From assembly GCA_963662465.1 (NCBI GenBank), contig OY759599.1:1024001-1088000 (forward strand): 64,000 nucleotides of DNA. Direction: 5' to 3'. How positions within the stretch are numbered: position 1 is the first letter of the stretch; each line of letters opens with the position of its first letter. The position numbers and the translations under genes are program-made. Below, piece by piece: positions 21,660 to 32,152 of the stretch. The notes below the pieces were generated by a model. That model worked only from the letters and a program-made list of their open reading frames with translations, was not told the origin of the DNA and did no database searches. This stretch comes from Desulfatiglandales bacterium (lineage in GTDB: Bacteria > Desulfobacterota > DSM-4660 > Desulfatiglandales > Desulfatiglandaceae).

Positions 21660-22280
21660 TTACGTACGCAAGTGTAAATTCAGCCGATTGAATGCTCCCA
21701 GCCTCGGGCGAGGCACTGCTGATGCCCCCCCCCGCGCGACCAGGGCATAGGTCTGGGGCCCTTTGGGCACGTTGTAACCGCTGATTCGGATGATGTAGGC
21801 GCCCACCTCCGGCGTGGGCAGCATCAGTCCCAGAACATTGTTGACCCGGTCAAAATTCGTTGAGGAAGGAATTCCCCTCACACCGGCAATAATCCAGCCC
21901 GTATCCTTTGATAACTCCCAGCCCGTGTCCGTTTTCCGGTAACTTCTCTGCTCTGAATTCCCTTCTTCAATGCCGATGAACTGGCTGGTGTCGTTTTTTT
22001 CAATGGCGATGTAAAAGTCCCCCTGGTTGATGACCACGCCCTCTATCCCCACGCTAATCAATTCGTCGGGAATAAATCTGAAGACCTTTTTTAAGAGGAC
22101 TGTGCCTGGGAGACCGTTAGGACCGTTGTCATCATACACCAGAAGCGTGACGTCCGAGAAATCACAGAAGCATTTCACATATACAAAAGCCACTGACTCA
22201 AGATGGGCCGGATAGCTCAAAGGGGTAAAACGAACGGCCATGCTGTCGGCGCTTTTGCGATAAGAAGAGTATGTGAACAC
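21660..22280 (-). pseudogene. Fragment including a subtilase (S8) C-terminal-like domain
   Basis: DRVNNV...GAYIIRISGYNVPKGPQTYALV resembles the C-terminal domain of KP-43-type subtilases; no catalytic domain. Confidence 0.45.
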
Positions 22281-22438
22281 TCGCTTTGGGTGTCAATAAA
22301 AATCCGAGCATACAGTCAATGATTTTAAGAGAAAAAAATGATACAGTAAGCAAAATTTGACAGTTTGATTCGCACGCAGTAAAAAAGACGTCTGAAATGT
22401 GACGAAAATGGCCTCAGCGGTGTATGGTATAGAAAAAG

Positions 22439-23011
22439 ATGGATAAAATGCATCCAACCGACGCAGTCTTGATCGAAAAATGCGTAAATGGCGAACGGGA
22501 TGCGTTTACGGAAATCGTAGAGCGGTATCAACACCGGATCTATTTTATGGCGCTGACCCGCATGAGAGATCGCCATGAGGCGGAAGATCTTGCGCAGGAA
22601 ACCTTTATCCAGGCCTACCGTAAACTGGCCGGATATGACCCGCAACGCAGCTTCAGGAACTGGCTGTTTGCTATCTGCACCAATTTGGGTAAAAACAAAT
22701 TGCGCAATCGTGCGAGGCGGCGCGAGGTGCATAAGCCACATCCTGAACGGGAGTCCGGCATAGCCCACCACCAGGATCATTCCCGAATTGACCTGATGGC
22801 CGCCCTTCATAAGATTCCGGAAAAACTTCGCGTCCCGCTGTTTTTAAAACACGTTGAAGGGTTTTCTTATCAAGAAATTTCCGCTGTTTTAAAAATCGGG
22901 ACCAGCGCCGCCAAAATGCGCGTACGAAGGGGGCGAGATCAACTGGTGCGACACCTGTCGGACTACCAACTCGATTCCACGGGCAATAAATTTGAAGACA
23001 CGGGAATCTAA
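22439..23011 (+). CDS. ECF RNA polymerase sigma factor
   Basis: Region 2 (AEDLAQETFIQAY, FRNWLFAI) and region 4 (GFSYQEIS...AKMRVRRGR). Confidence 0.93.
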   Translation: MDKMHPTDAVLIEKCVNGERDAFTEIVERYQHRIYFMALTRMRDRHEAEDLAQETFIQAYRKLAGYDPQRSFRNWLFAICTNLGKNKLRNRARRREVHKPHPERESGIAHHQDHSRIDLMAALHKIPEKLRVPLFLKHVEGFSYQEISAVLKIGTSAAKMRVRRGRDQLVRHLSDYQLDSTGNKFEDTGI

Positions 23012-23014
23012 AAC

Positions 23015-24331
23015 ATGAGGCAACACCACATGGAACACCGGGACAACGTGCTTCATAACCTATTGGATGCAAACCTCACACCGGAAACATCCGATTTACA
23101 GGGTCATGAAGCCGAACGGTATTCCCAATATACGGAAAGCCTGAAACAGCTTGAAGATCATCAAGAAAAAGCGCCCGATGATTTCATCGCTCAATTGATG
23201 GCGGCGCTTCCCCATAAGCCACGCCCCACTTGGCGTGACAAGGTGAAATCATTCTTGCCGGAGCGGCGTTTCTGGGCTGTGCCGGGGCTGGCGGGCGCAC
23301 TGGCCATGCTCGTTTTGCTGACGGGCTTTACCCTTTTCCGAAGCTCTCAGGACAACGATTATATACCGGTGGTTCTGGACCTGTATGCCCCATCCGCCAA
23401 ACAGGTGGAACTGGTGGGAACCTTTTCGGACTGGGCGCCGAAAACATTTTGCCTGAAGGGCCCGGATGCCGTTGGTTACTGGGCCATTGCCATTAAATTG
23501 CCGCCGGGAAGATATGAGTACGCTTTTCTGGTCAATGGATCACAACTGGTCCCGGACGACGACGGAGAAGCCCTTCGTCCCGACGGTTTTGGCCGCGAAA
23601 ACAATGTGCTCCTGGTCAGAAACACATTGAAATTGGACCAGAAGCATGGATTTGCCCCCCATGAATATGTCACCATCCCTAAACATGACTCTGACAGCCT
23701 AATCCTGGGCCTGCCTGATCGAGACCAGTGGATAGCGCTTCTCGATGGCGGCGTCTCTTCCGGTATTGAAAGGAAAACCATCGAAAATCTGTTGGAGCAT
23801 CTGGCAAGCGCCAACATCACGCCTGATCAAGCGAGAAATATCCTGGCGCCCTTATTTCAGGATGCACAGGGGCGAAATCATTCAGAACATATGTTTTTTA
23901 AAATCCACGAGTGTCTTTTAAAAAAGGCGCTTCCAGACACACTCAAATCCATGGTCCAAAACAGGTATGAGGCATTTAAGACAGCGAAAGCAATTCTGAC
24001 ACAAACAGGATACGGCGCATCGATGGGGGAAGATCCGACCCTGCTTAATGCAACGGCCTTTGCGCTGGAGGGAGGACAGGACCCGGCATTCCTTCGGGAG
24101 ATTTTAACAGCGGGCGCAGGTAAACCCTCCGACCGGATCGCCGACGTCATCGAAGCGGGAGAAATCCTGCACCATGCCGGGCTTTGGCCCGAAACGCTCA
24201 AATTAATCATGAAAGACGCCCTTCAGAAAGATCTCGAAAGCAGACAGATGAAACAGGCCACAAAGCGGATAAAGGAAAGACTCCGAAAAGGACTCGACCC
24301 GAAGACCATTCGGGATAACCTTTTGGGATAG
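23015..24331 (+). CDS. Putative anti-sigma factor: TM helix, CBM48/AMPK-beta-like glycogen-binding domain, helical C-terminus
   Basis: Starts 3 bp after the sigma gene; TM FWAVPGLAGALAMLVLLTGF; AKQVELVGTFSDW...LPPGRYEYAFLVNG...DGFG. Confidence 0.8.
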   Translation: MRQHHMEHRDNVLHNLLDANLTPETSDLQGHEAERYSQYTESLKQLEDHQEKAPDDFIAQLMAALPHKPRPTWRDKVKSFLPERRFWAVPGLAGALAMLVLLTGFTLFRSSQDNDYIPVVLDLYAPSAKQVELVGTFSDWAPKTFCLKGPDAVGYWAIAIKLPPGRYEYAFLVNGSQLVPDDDGEALRPDGFGRENNVLLVRNTLKLDQKHGFAPHEYVTIPKHDSDSLILGLPDRDQWIALLDGGVSSGIERKTIENLLEHLASANITPDQARNILAPLFQDAQGRNHSEHMFFKIHECLLKKALPDTLKSMVQNRYEAFKTAKAILTQTGYGASMGEDPTLLNATAFALEGGQDPAFLREILTAGAGKPSDRIADVIEAGEILHHAGLWPETLKLIMKDALQKDLESRQMKQATKRIKERLRKGLDPKTIRDNLLG

Positions 24332-24407
24332 ACAATGCCGGCGAAAAGCTGTTTTTTCTTTTGAAATCCCCTTCCCTAAAAACAAGAGCCATTGAACAGT
24401 CAACATC

Positions 24408-26622
24408 TTGGAAAATCAACCATCAACTATTCCAAACAATCGTGTGTATATGATGACGATGGCCGGTGGGATACTTGAACCCGTTGTTGAGAGTGCGCCC
24501 GATACCAATCAAAGCTGGGAGTACACACTTACCCTGGAGAACGTATCGGAAGAGGTACTCTGGTATTCAGACAGACCCGGGCGGGAATCCGGAAGGGAAA
24601 CAATGGAATTTTTTGTTCAAACCGTATGGCCGGAGGTTTATGTTGAAATCAACCCCAACGCCATCCTGGATGGGTGGATACCGCCAAATACGCTAAACGA
24701 TGGATTGTATTTAATTTTACGGGAACCTCAATATGATTCGGGAGCAAAGAAACTCACCTTCAATGTCACCCTGGAAAATTCCACAATGGATGATAACCAT
24801 CCAGAGCGCCCGATAATTTTTGAGGATATCAAGATCACCGTACTCAACAATAACGAGGACGGAAAAACAGATACTTATTCATTTGTTCAGGTGTCGCCCA
24901 TCGCCTATTTTGAGGAAACGGGAACAGCGGATGTATACAAGCTGTATTTAAACGATGTTTATCCGGAATCATTTTATCTGGCGGACGCACCGGACAGGTT
25001 TTCGTTTATCTATATACGGCGCTTTTCGAGCTGGCCTGGTCCAACCTCTTTGATGATTACCCACCAAACGCTTCCATGACTTCCTACACGGAAACCGGAG
25101 AACTCAAGGTACAGATCGTAACACTCGATAATCCCGTTTATGATGAGGAAAGCAATTTATTGACCTACAGGCAACCCTGTTGTACGGAAAGATTGAAAAC
25201 AAACAGCTACTGAGTTCACCCTCTCTCTTTATTGATGATGTGGGGACAGCAACCTGCGACCAACAAATGGGGGAAACGGGCTTTACCAAACGATTAACCG
25301 TCATTAACAACTGCGGCGAAAATACATGGCTCTATATGAAATATCCGGGCGCCGGTTCCATGCCCGAATAATGGGACTTCTGGAAAAAGTCGTCCGGTGG
25401 GGAAGAGGTTTGGACGGGAGGACAACCGGGGGTCGGCACGGGATATATCAGATCACAAATGAAGATCGGCGTACCCTATCACTTCTGTATTCCGGACAAA
25501 GGGGCCGCCAGCGGCAATTTCCAGATTTTCATGGAACCGTGCAAAAAAACAGGGGATGACTGTATGATCGGCACCATGGTGGGCAGTGACAGGAACGCGG
25601 TCAATACGCTATTTGAATTCACCTTTGGCTGTATGCCCGGTGTTCCCAAGACTTGTAAGCCATCAGAGACCAATTGTTGCTCCAAAAATCCTGTGGCGTC
25701 CACGGAAAACATCACCCCTGTGGACTGGTTCGACATCAGTGCCGTGGCAGGATTCACGGTTCCCATGTACCTGGAAGTCACAAACGCGCAAAAGCTCACA
25801 TGCGATGCCGCATCAAGCGATGCAAGCATGCTGGATATGGGGAGTTGTCCTTCCGAGAACAAACCATGGCCTGAAGGTTACGGCGCCACCATGGCGGCCG
25901 TAGACCCGGCGCCGGCAACCACTTGCAAAAAACCGGCCCCCACTCCCTCGGAACCAAATCCGAAGTACGGTACCTGCACCGGCAATGGGTATGCGCCGTG
26001 CCAAAATGATACGGACTGTACGGACGGGAATACGCAAATGAGAACAATCCTGAATTCGGGGTTCACCCTTTTGACCCAGGACGCTGACGGGTACCAGGGC
26101 TGCGCCTCTCCCTGTCAATATTTGACATCCCACGAACTGGGCGATCCTCCCAAGACCTGGAAAAGTCCCAGTGGCGATATTATGGGAGCCATGAGCGCTT
26201 CGGGCTATCTTCAGAATACACTCCCTTTGAACACGGCATGTTGGTATTGCTGTGCCGGCAAGGCAAGTGCCGATGCCCCCGGAATGGGCGGCATTCAGTG
26301 CGATAAAGGGCCGAACGGATCCGATCCCTCTGCACGATTTCTGCTGACGTTCTGCCCGGGAACGGCCACAGGGGCAAATTATCCATGGGCCACGGGAAGC
26401 AAACCCTATCTCAAAACCCAGGGGTGGAACTGGAAAAACGGCAAATGCACCGCAAGCAACAGCGGTGGCACTTACACATCGCTTTATGGGTGTCAGACAG
26501 CCAACCTAATGTACGAATGCAAAACCGTGTTGTCCGGCAGCGGTGATGTACACCACAAATTCTGTCTGCCGGTGGAAACCGGGGGACAGTCATACGATGC
26601 CTGCAAAATCAGCTGTTATTAG
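24408..26622 (+). pseudogene. Frameshifted gene for a thaumatin-like (TLP/GH64 superfamily) multidomain Cys-rich protein
   Basis: One protein runs across ORFs 24408-25079, 25180-25371 and 25459-26622, with frameshifts near 25015, 25170 and 25410-25440 and TAA at 25369. Thaumatin motifs LTVINNC, NTLFEFTF, DWFDISAVAGFTVPM, LTFCP. Confidence 0.7.
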
Positions 26623-26670
26623 GATGTGAGGGTGGAAGAACAGCGAAAATCACAACCGGTATTGCGATTT

Positions 26671-26840
26671 TCATGCTATCCTCCCCTTCTGAAGGAACAG
26701 GGCAACCCCCAAACAGATGGTCACCGCCAGAAAGCACAACAGGAAGGCCTCTTGATAGGCTACCACTGAGTAAACGCCTTCCACACTGCCACTACAACGG
26801 GGGCCCCATCGATCCGCCAAATAACCCACCAAGGGCTGCT
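26671..26840 (-). pseudogene. C-terminal fragment of an MFS-like membrane transporter
   Basis: QPLVGYLADRWG...AYQEAFLLCFLAVTICLGVALFL. Confidence 0.5.
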
Positions 26841-26850
26841 CAAGAGCATA

Positions 26851-26996
26851 TTTGATACGCTCAAATTCGTTAAGCGGCTTAAACAACCAGGCTGAAGCGC
26901 TTTCAGAAGCCTTTAAAGAATCACAGGAAACAACCATTAAGGACCTTGCAACCAAACAGGACATTGAATTTCTTCACCGCGACATGAAAGAACTTG
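26851..26996 (+). pseudogene. DUF1640/CCDC90-like coiled-coil gene fragment cut by the IS91-type element
   Basis: FDTLKFVKRL (frameshift) QAEALSEAFKE...LATKQDI...DMKEL, ending at the CTTG insertion site. Confidence 0.6.
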
Positions 26997-27301
26997 AAAG
27001 CATAGGCATTTCCATTTTTGATACGCCATATCAAATAGTTGTTGCAGTGATGGCATTAAATGTGTCAAAAAAAACACATTATGCATATGCCATCAAGCCA
27101 AAAAATTGATAAGGAAATTTTCCGGACGATTTTTATTGATCATTGGGAATCATTCAAAGATCATCATCCTGCATATGATAATTCTCAAGATGTTGTCGGA
27201 ATGCTCAAGTCCTATTTTAACAGCGGTGTGGTCGATAAACTTATTGATGAGCTGTGGAATATGCGGAAGGTAGAAAGCCCGCGCGTTAGCGCGCTAAGTT
27301 C
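26997..27301 (+). mobile_element. Miniature, internally deleted IS91-type element in tandem with the full copy
   Basis: Same ends as the full element (AAAGCATAGG... and GCGCGTTAGCGCGCTAAGTTC); interior stitched from pieces of the transposase gene; preceded by CTTG. Confidence 0.88.
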
Positions 27302-27364
27302 AAAGCATAGGAATTTCCATTTTTGATTTGGCATATCAAATAGTTGTTGCAGTGATGGCATTAA

Positions 27365-28699
27365 ATGTGTCAAAAAAAGCACATTATGCATATGCCATCA
27401 AACCAAAAAATTGATAAGGAGACTTTCCGGACGATTTTTATTGATCATTGGGAATCATTCAAAGAGCATCATCCAGGGTATGATAATTCGCAATATGAAG
27501 ATCCGGTTCAGAAAATGCTTGGTTGCGGCAAGGAAAGCGCCGGATATAGCGAGCACCGGTGTGTTTATTGCGGTGGTGATGTTCGCCGGATAGGTTTTAG
27601 TTGCAAGAGCTGTTTTTGTTTATCCTGCGCCAAGAAATATGTTGACGATTTTGTCAGTCAAGTGAGTAGGGTGCTTCATGGGGGCATGAATTACCGTCAC
27701 ATTGTTTTGACAATTCCCGAGCAACTGAGAATCGTTTTTTATAAGGCTCGAAATGATGGACGTTTGTTATCGGCTTTTATGAGATGCGGGTACGAATGTT
27801 TGGAGGATGTTGTCGGAACGGTTCTTCGGCGGAAACTGAAAATAGGAACGATCGTCGTTGTTCAAACGCATGGTCGATCCGGTCATTATAATCCGCATTT
27901 GCATATCATCATGACAAGCGGTGGGATAAATGAAGATCTGTGCGGTTGGTTTGATTTAAGGTTCTTCAAGTATGAGATTATACATAAGAAATGGCAGTAT
28001 CATCTATTCAGAATGCTCAAGTCCCATTTTAACAGCAGTGCGGTCGATAAACTTATTGATGAGCTGTGGAAAAAATACCCTAAAGGTTTGGTAGCCAATG
28101 TGAGCAAGGGTAATGTTCCTGAGACATGTGGGGGTCTGGCGCGATATTTGGCGAAATATGTTGCATCTCCTCCGATAGCTCTGAGACGGATAATCAGTTA
28201 TGATGGCCAATATGTTACCTATTGGTACAATGATCACATGACAAAATCCAGGAAGGTTGAAACCGTGGAAGTGGATGTTTTTATCGGTCGAATGGTTCAA
28301 CACATAATGCCCAAAGGGTTCCAGCGGGTTCGTTATTATGGGCTACAGGCTACGAAAACTTTTAAGAAATGGTCGGAAGTAATACGGAAAGGGATGAAGG
28401 CTTTGGGGCGTGGGATTAAAGGAACGTATCAAGTCGTAAAAGCGAAAAGATATCGAGAACGTTATAAGGAGATCAGCTCTCAAGATCCTTTTTTGTGTCG
28501 TTATTGTGGCCATGAAATGGTGCTATGGAAGATATGGCATCCAAAATATGGAGTTTTATATGACGAATATGAAAACATCAAAAACGACAGGTACGGCACG
28601 GTTACAGGACAAAATGACAGCGGGGGTGGAAGGCGAGGACTTCCCGTTCGGCCCTCCTCCGGAGGAATATCCTTACCGTTGTTCCCATTGCCGGCATGA
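27365..28699 (+). CDS. IS91-family transposase (Zn-binding domain plus Y2 HUH)
   Basis: SCKSCFCLSC, HIVLTIP, QTHG...NPHLHII (HUH), YLAKY (YxxxY), HIMPKGFQRVRYYG. Confidence 0.95.
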   Translation: MCQKKHIMHMPSNQKIDKETFRTIFIDHWESFKEHHPGYDNSQYEDPVQKMLGCGKESAGYSEHRCVYCGGDVRRIGFSCKSCFCLSCAKKYVDDFVSQVSRVLHGGMNYRHIVLTIPEQLRIVFYKARNDGRLLSAFMRCGYECLEDVVGTVLRRKLKIGTIVVVQTHGRSGHYNPHLHIIMTSGGINEDLCGWFDLRFFKYEIIHKKWQYHLFRMLKSHFNSSAVDKLIDELWKKYPKGLVANVSKGNVPETCGGLARYLAKYVASPPIALRRIISYDGQYVTYWYNDHMTKSRKVETVEVDVFIGRMVQHIMPKGFQRVRYYGLQATKTFKKWSEVIRKGMKALGRGIKGTYQVVKAKRYRERYKEISSQDPFLCRYCGHEMVLWKIWHPKYGVLYDEYENIKNDRYGTVTGQNDSGGGRRGLPVRPSSGGISLPLFPLPA

Positions 28700-28850
28700 A
28701 ATGAAGGTAAATGAAGCGATAATAGACGTCGAGATTGCAAAAGCAGAATATGAAGGAAGGAATGTGGAAGGCTTTATGCCCATTCTCGGTTGCCCTCAGT
28801 GCAATCGAGAAACAATGAAATATGCGCAAGGTAGAAAGCCCGCGCGTTAG
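28614..28850 (+). CDS. Small Zn-ribbon-like protein inside the IS91 element
   Basis: CSHC...CPQC; overlaps the transposase 3' end and stops in the terminal hairpin. Confidence 0.5.
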   Translation: MTAGVEGEDFPFGPPPEEYPYRCSHCRHEMKVNEAIIDVEIAKAEYEGRNVEGFMPILGCPQCNRETMKYAQGRKPAR

Positions 28851-29115
28851 CGCGCTAAGTTCACCAACGAAATATTTTTTGAGAGGAAGGCTTAGAAATA
28901 ATGGCTTTAATCATGAATTAAATAGGACCTTTTCTTCAGGGACAGCACCCCGAATGCGATTCTTTATGGTGCGTTCCCGAAACGATGGATAATTCGTTTA
29001 TTTTATAGGGAAAAATGAGTATCTCCTTGAGTCCATAGAAGGCTACGGGACAGAGCGGATTGCAAGGACGCTTCCTCGATTCCCTTGTCATGCTTAGAGA
29101 TAAAAGTGTTGAATT

Positions 29116-29727
29116 TTGAGTGAATACTCTTTTATAGCAATTGTTTATGATATCCTGCTATTTCCGTTTCTTTGGAATATACGTCACCAGGTGCTAAAAA
29201 TTGTCGCTGAGTTAAAACCGGAGCGAACAATCGATGTTTGCTGCGGTACGGGTAGTCAATTGCGCCTGTTAAAAAAATACGGATTTCATGGCGTCGGCAT
29301 CGATCGCTCGGAATCGATGTTAAAGATGGCGAAAAAGGGGAGAAATGCGCCGGATTGTTTTTTGAGGGATGCGACGGCCACCGATTTCGAGACCGAGACC
29401 TTTGATTTTGCCATGATCATCTTTTCCCTCCACGAAACGGGATGGAAGAATGCTCATGCTATATTGGATGAAACTCAAAGGATATTGAAACCGGGAGGAC
29501 ATGTAATGGTTGTGGATTATGCTTTGGGGAAAGGGGCTCCGAAGATGGCCGAACGTTTCATTGGCTGGATTGAGTTCTTAGCCGGGAAAAACCACCATCG
29601 AAATTTTATCCACTACAAACAGTCCGGCGGATTGAACGTGCTTCTCAGAAACAAATCGCTCTCCCCGGTATTTACAATCTACAAGGGTTACCGGAGCATT
29701 GTCTTAAAAGTCTTGAAAAAGGATTGA
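29116..29727 (+). CDS. Class I SAM-dependent methyltransferase (UbiE-like)
   Basis: IDVCCGTG, GID.SESML, FSLHE, RILKPGG. Confidence 0.9.
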   Translation: MSEYSFIAIVYDILLFPFLWNIRHQVLKIVAELKPERTIDVCCGTGSQLRLLKKYGFHGVGIDRSESMLKMAKKGRNAPDCFLRDATATDFETETFDFAMIIFSLHETGWKNAHAILDETQRILKPGGHVMVVDYALGKGAPKMAERFIGWIEFLAGKNHHRNFIHYKQSGGLNVLLRNKSLSPVFTIYKGYRSIVLKVLKKD

Positions 29728-29853
29728 CAAGGTACAAGAACTCCAACATTAAGAATACAGCCATAACCGAAATGGTCACGACATCAGGGTGTCTTGTCGA
29801 GCGACCTTACCTTGGTATTTGTCAGAGTTTTTCTTGCGTTTAACCGGGCTGGG

Positions 29854-30055
29854 TCACCTATATGGTTTAACTGCGTCATTAAAGAATTTAGCTATGATTT
29901 CATATCCTTTTGCATTAGGATGAATTCGATCGCTCATCAATTTTGGGTTGCCTATAATTCCTTTGTAGATATTGGGTATCAAAACAGCCCCAGTTTCTTC
30001 CGCAAGATTTTCATAGGCCTCACCAAAACCTTTGCCCCAGAAAGGGTAGTCAAAG
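29854..30055 (-). pseudogene. C-terminal fragment of an SGNH/GDSL arylesterase (not in the ORF track)
   Basis: Manual translation: ...YENLAEETGAVLIPNIYKGIIGNPKLMSDRIHPNAKGYEIIA...-stop, containing the DxxHPN block V motif. Confidence 0.7.
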
Positions 30056-30243
30056 AAGAATCCTCACTCCAAGCTTGAATTAGAATTCATACAACTCATG
30101 TGAAACCATTTGCCCTCACATTTGCTAGAATGGTGCAAATTTGACGTCGACAATTATGTGCAAACCTCCAAGTTATTATCGAGCCCCCTTGTTAGGGGGC
30201 TATCTGAGGCCGCCTGCTATGCGGAAGGCCCCCCCCCCTTAGA

Positions 30244-30570
30244 TTAAGGAATGTAAAAGTACTCAATGTTAGAAATCCCTCCGAGGCCTTCCTGGTTATA
30301 ACTCTGGATACCCACATAGAAACAGTCGCCTGAGACCAGCGTTGTACTAAAGGTATTTGTGTCTCCAAGCTCGATCTGTTCGCTCAATGGTGGCTCAAAA
30401 CGTGTGCCGCGTTCAACCTTTTTATAGAGCAAACAATAGCCATCTGCATCCGTAACCTTGGTCCAATCAAGTGTCAATGCTGTCCCTGAGTTGGTTAACG
30501 TCATCACGGGCGCCTTGGGGCCGCACCGGAAATAGGCAATCCCAATCCGCCGTCCCACAGGTGATGCCAT
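30244..30570 (-). pseudogene. Fibronectin type III-like domain fragment
   Basis: LTLDWTKVTDADGY...FYVGIQSYN...SN; 5' end lies next to the MITE. Confidence 0.5.
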
Positions 30571-30600
30571 TGTAGGGGATCACTGTGGCTGATTTTTTAT

Positions 30601-30755
30601 GGTTCATCGCGGATTAACGTGAAATCGCGCTTTGAGATTGTTTCAGTTCGGGTTGTAGGTGCGACTTCAGTCGCACAGGGTCGGCTTAATGTGCGACTGA
30701 AGTCGCACCTACAATCGGCTCAGAAGCCAAATCTCACGCGAATCCACGATGAGCC
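30601..30755 (+). mobile_element. 155-bp MITE, copy 1, with internal inverted REP pair
   Basis: TIRs GGTTCATCGCGGATT / AATCCACGATGAGCC; 8-bp TSD TTTTTTAT at 30593-30600 and 30756-30763. Confidence 0.93.
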
Positions 30756-30789
30756 TTTTTTATCAGGGTCAATCCGGATCACAAATTCA

Positions 30790-31162
30790 CTTAAGCCTAG
30801 ACTGAACAAGCCGAAACCATAAAGGTAAAGACTTCTTACCCCTCAGGGTATCCCCTGTTGGGGATTGTAGGGAATGAAGAAAGTGAAAAACAGACCATCT
30901 TATAGTTGTCACAGCGTACAAAAAAATTGTACCTTTGTCCCACAGATCGCAGCAGGCGCTGGGATACGTGGAAACCCTGGATGTACAAAATACTTTCAGT
31001 TTCAATGGCGACGACTTCGCATTCCCAGGAAAGGGCGCCCCGTGATTTTTGGAAAGTCTTATGTTGCCGAGATCGACGTCCCGTTCGATGAGATTGACGA
31101 AGGCTGTGTGGTGTCATTTGGGGATACTCTCCAATTTTTGATATAATGGTATTTTCATCCAT
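30790..31162 (-). pseudogene. Heavily degraded gene, possibly an HDOD-domain N-terminus
   Basis: MDENTIISKIGEYPQM...LVNLIERDVDL across frames; weak similarity only. Confidence 0.25.
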
Positions 31163-31212
31163 AAGGAAACCAATGAAGAAATTTACACTTTCCGGATTTC
31201 ACCACTTATCCG

Positions 31213-31692
31213 TTGTGGTATTGCCTGTTTCCAACATGGAAAAGAATTTCTGCTTCCGGTTTCTTCTTTTTTTGCTCATCCTTCTGTGTGTATGGGGCAA
31301 AAATCAATCTGAAGGGAAGAGATGTTATTTCCCACTGTCGGCAGGCCAGGGTGCGAATCGGGGTTTATAAAAGAAGCGCTTTGGAATACTATCTCCGTCA
31401 GTGGTTTCCAAAAGCAGAAGCCGTACCTTACGATAATTTTACTGACCAGGTGCAGGCGCTGCTGAACGGGGAGATTTATTTTGTGATGGATGATGAACTT
31501 GAAGTCGTTCATTACCTGAAAGCCCACCCCGAACTGACCCTGCGATTGGAGGCCATTGTGCTTCCAAACCTTCAGGACCTTATTGCCATCGCCGTGTCCC
31601 CAGACAGTCCCAATCTTCTGGCGCTGTTGAATCTGCTGATCCAATACCGCGACATACCACGACGCATGAAGGATATGCAATCCCTTCGATAG
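31213..31692 (+). pseudogene. C-terminal half of an amino-acid ABC substrate-binding (family 3) protein
   Basis: RIGV...FPKAEAVPY...ALLNGEI...IAIAVSPDSPNLLALLN; N-terminal lobe missing. Confidence 0.6.
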
Positions 31693-32152
31693 GAATACAT
31701 GCAATGTTGAAAAATATCGTGTCACGTGAAGGGTAACAGGGGAAACGGTATGAGCCGGTCTGAACCGGTATTGCCATTCTTATTCTGGTTCAATGCACGG
31801 CAGTATTCAATCCCGTCGTAAAAATGATACAGCTTTTCGGGGCCTGCGCTACCACTGCCGTTATTTGTTCCCGGCGACTTGAAAATACTAGTGTTGACGT
31901 AACGGATAGGCACTGAATAAGGGCTCATACGCCCCCAAGCGCACGGGGCGTGAGGAGGGGCGAAGGGTGAACGCTCAAGAAGAGGGGAATCGCACTCGAT
32001 AAGGCCTTTGATTCTGTTCAAGTTCTCCGAAAAATTAAACAATCACGTTAAAAGTGTGCTAAAATGATTGGAATATAAAAAAAAGGCCTTCACAAAGGTC
32101 CAAGCGGACTAAGAAATTTCCGTTTTAACACCCTATAAGGAGATTATCCCCA

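Larger units (their letters stand above)
27302..28862 (+). mobile_element. IS91-family rolling-circle insertion sequence
   Basis: Starts right after GTTC, ends in hairpin plus GTTC, no TSD, encodes an HUH Y2 transposase. Confidence 0.88.
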
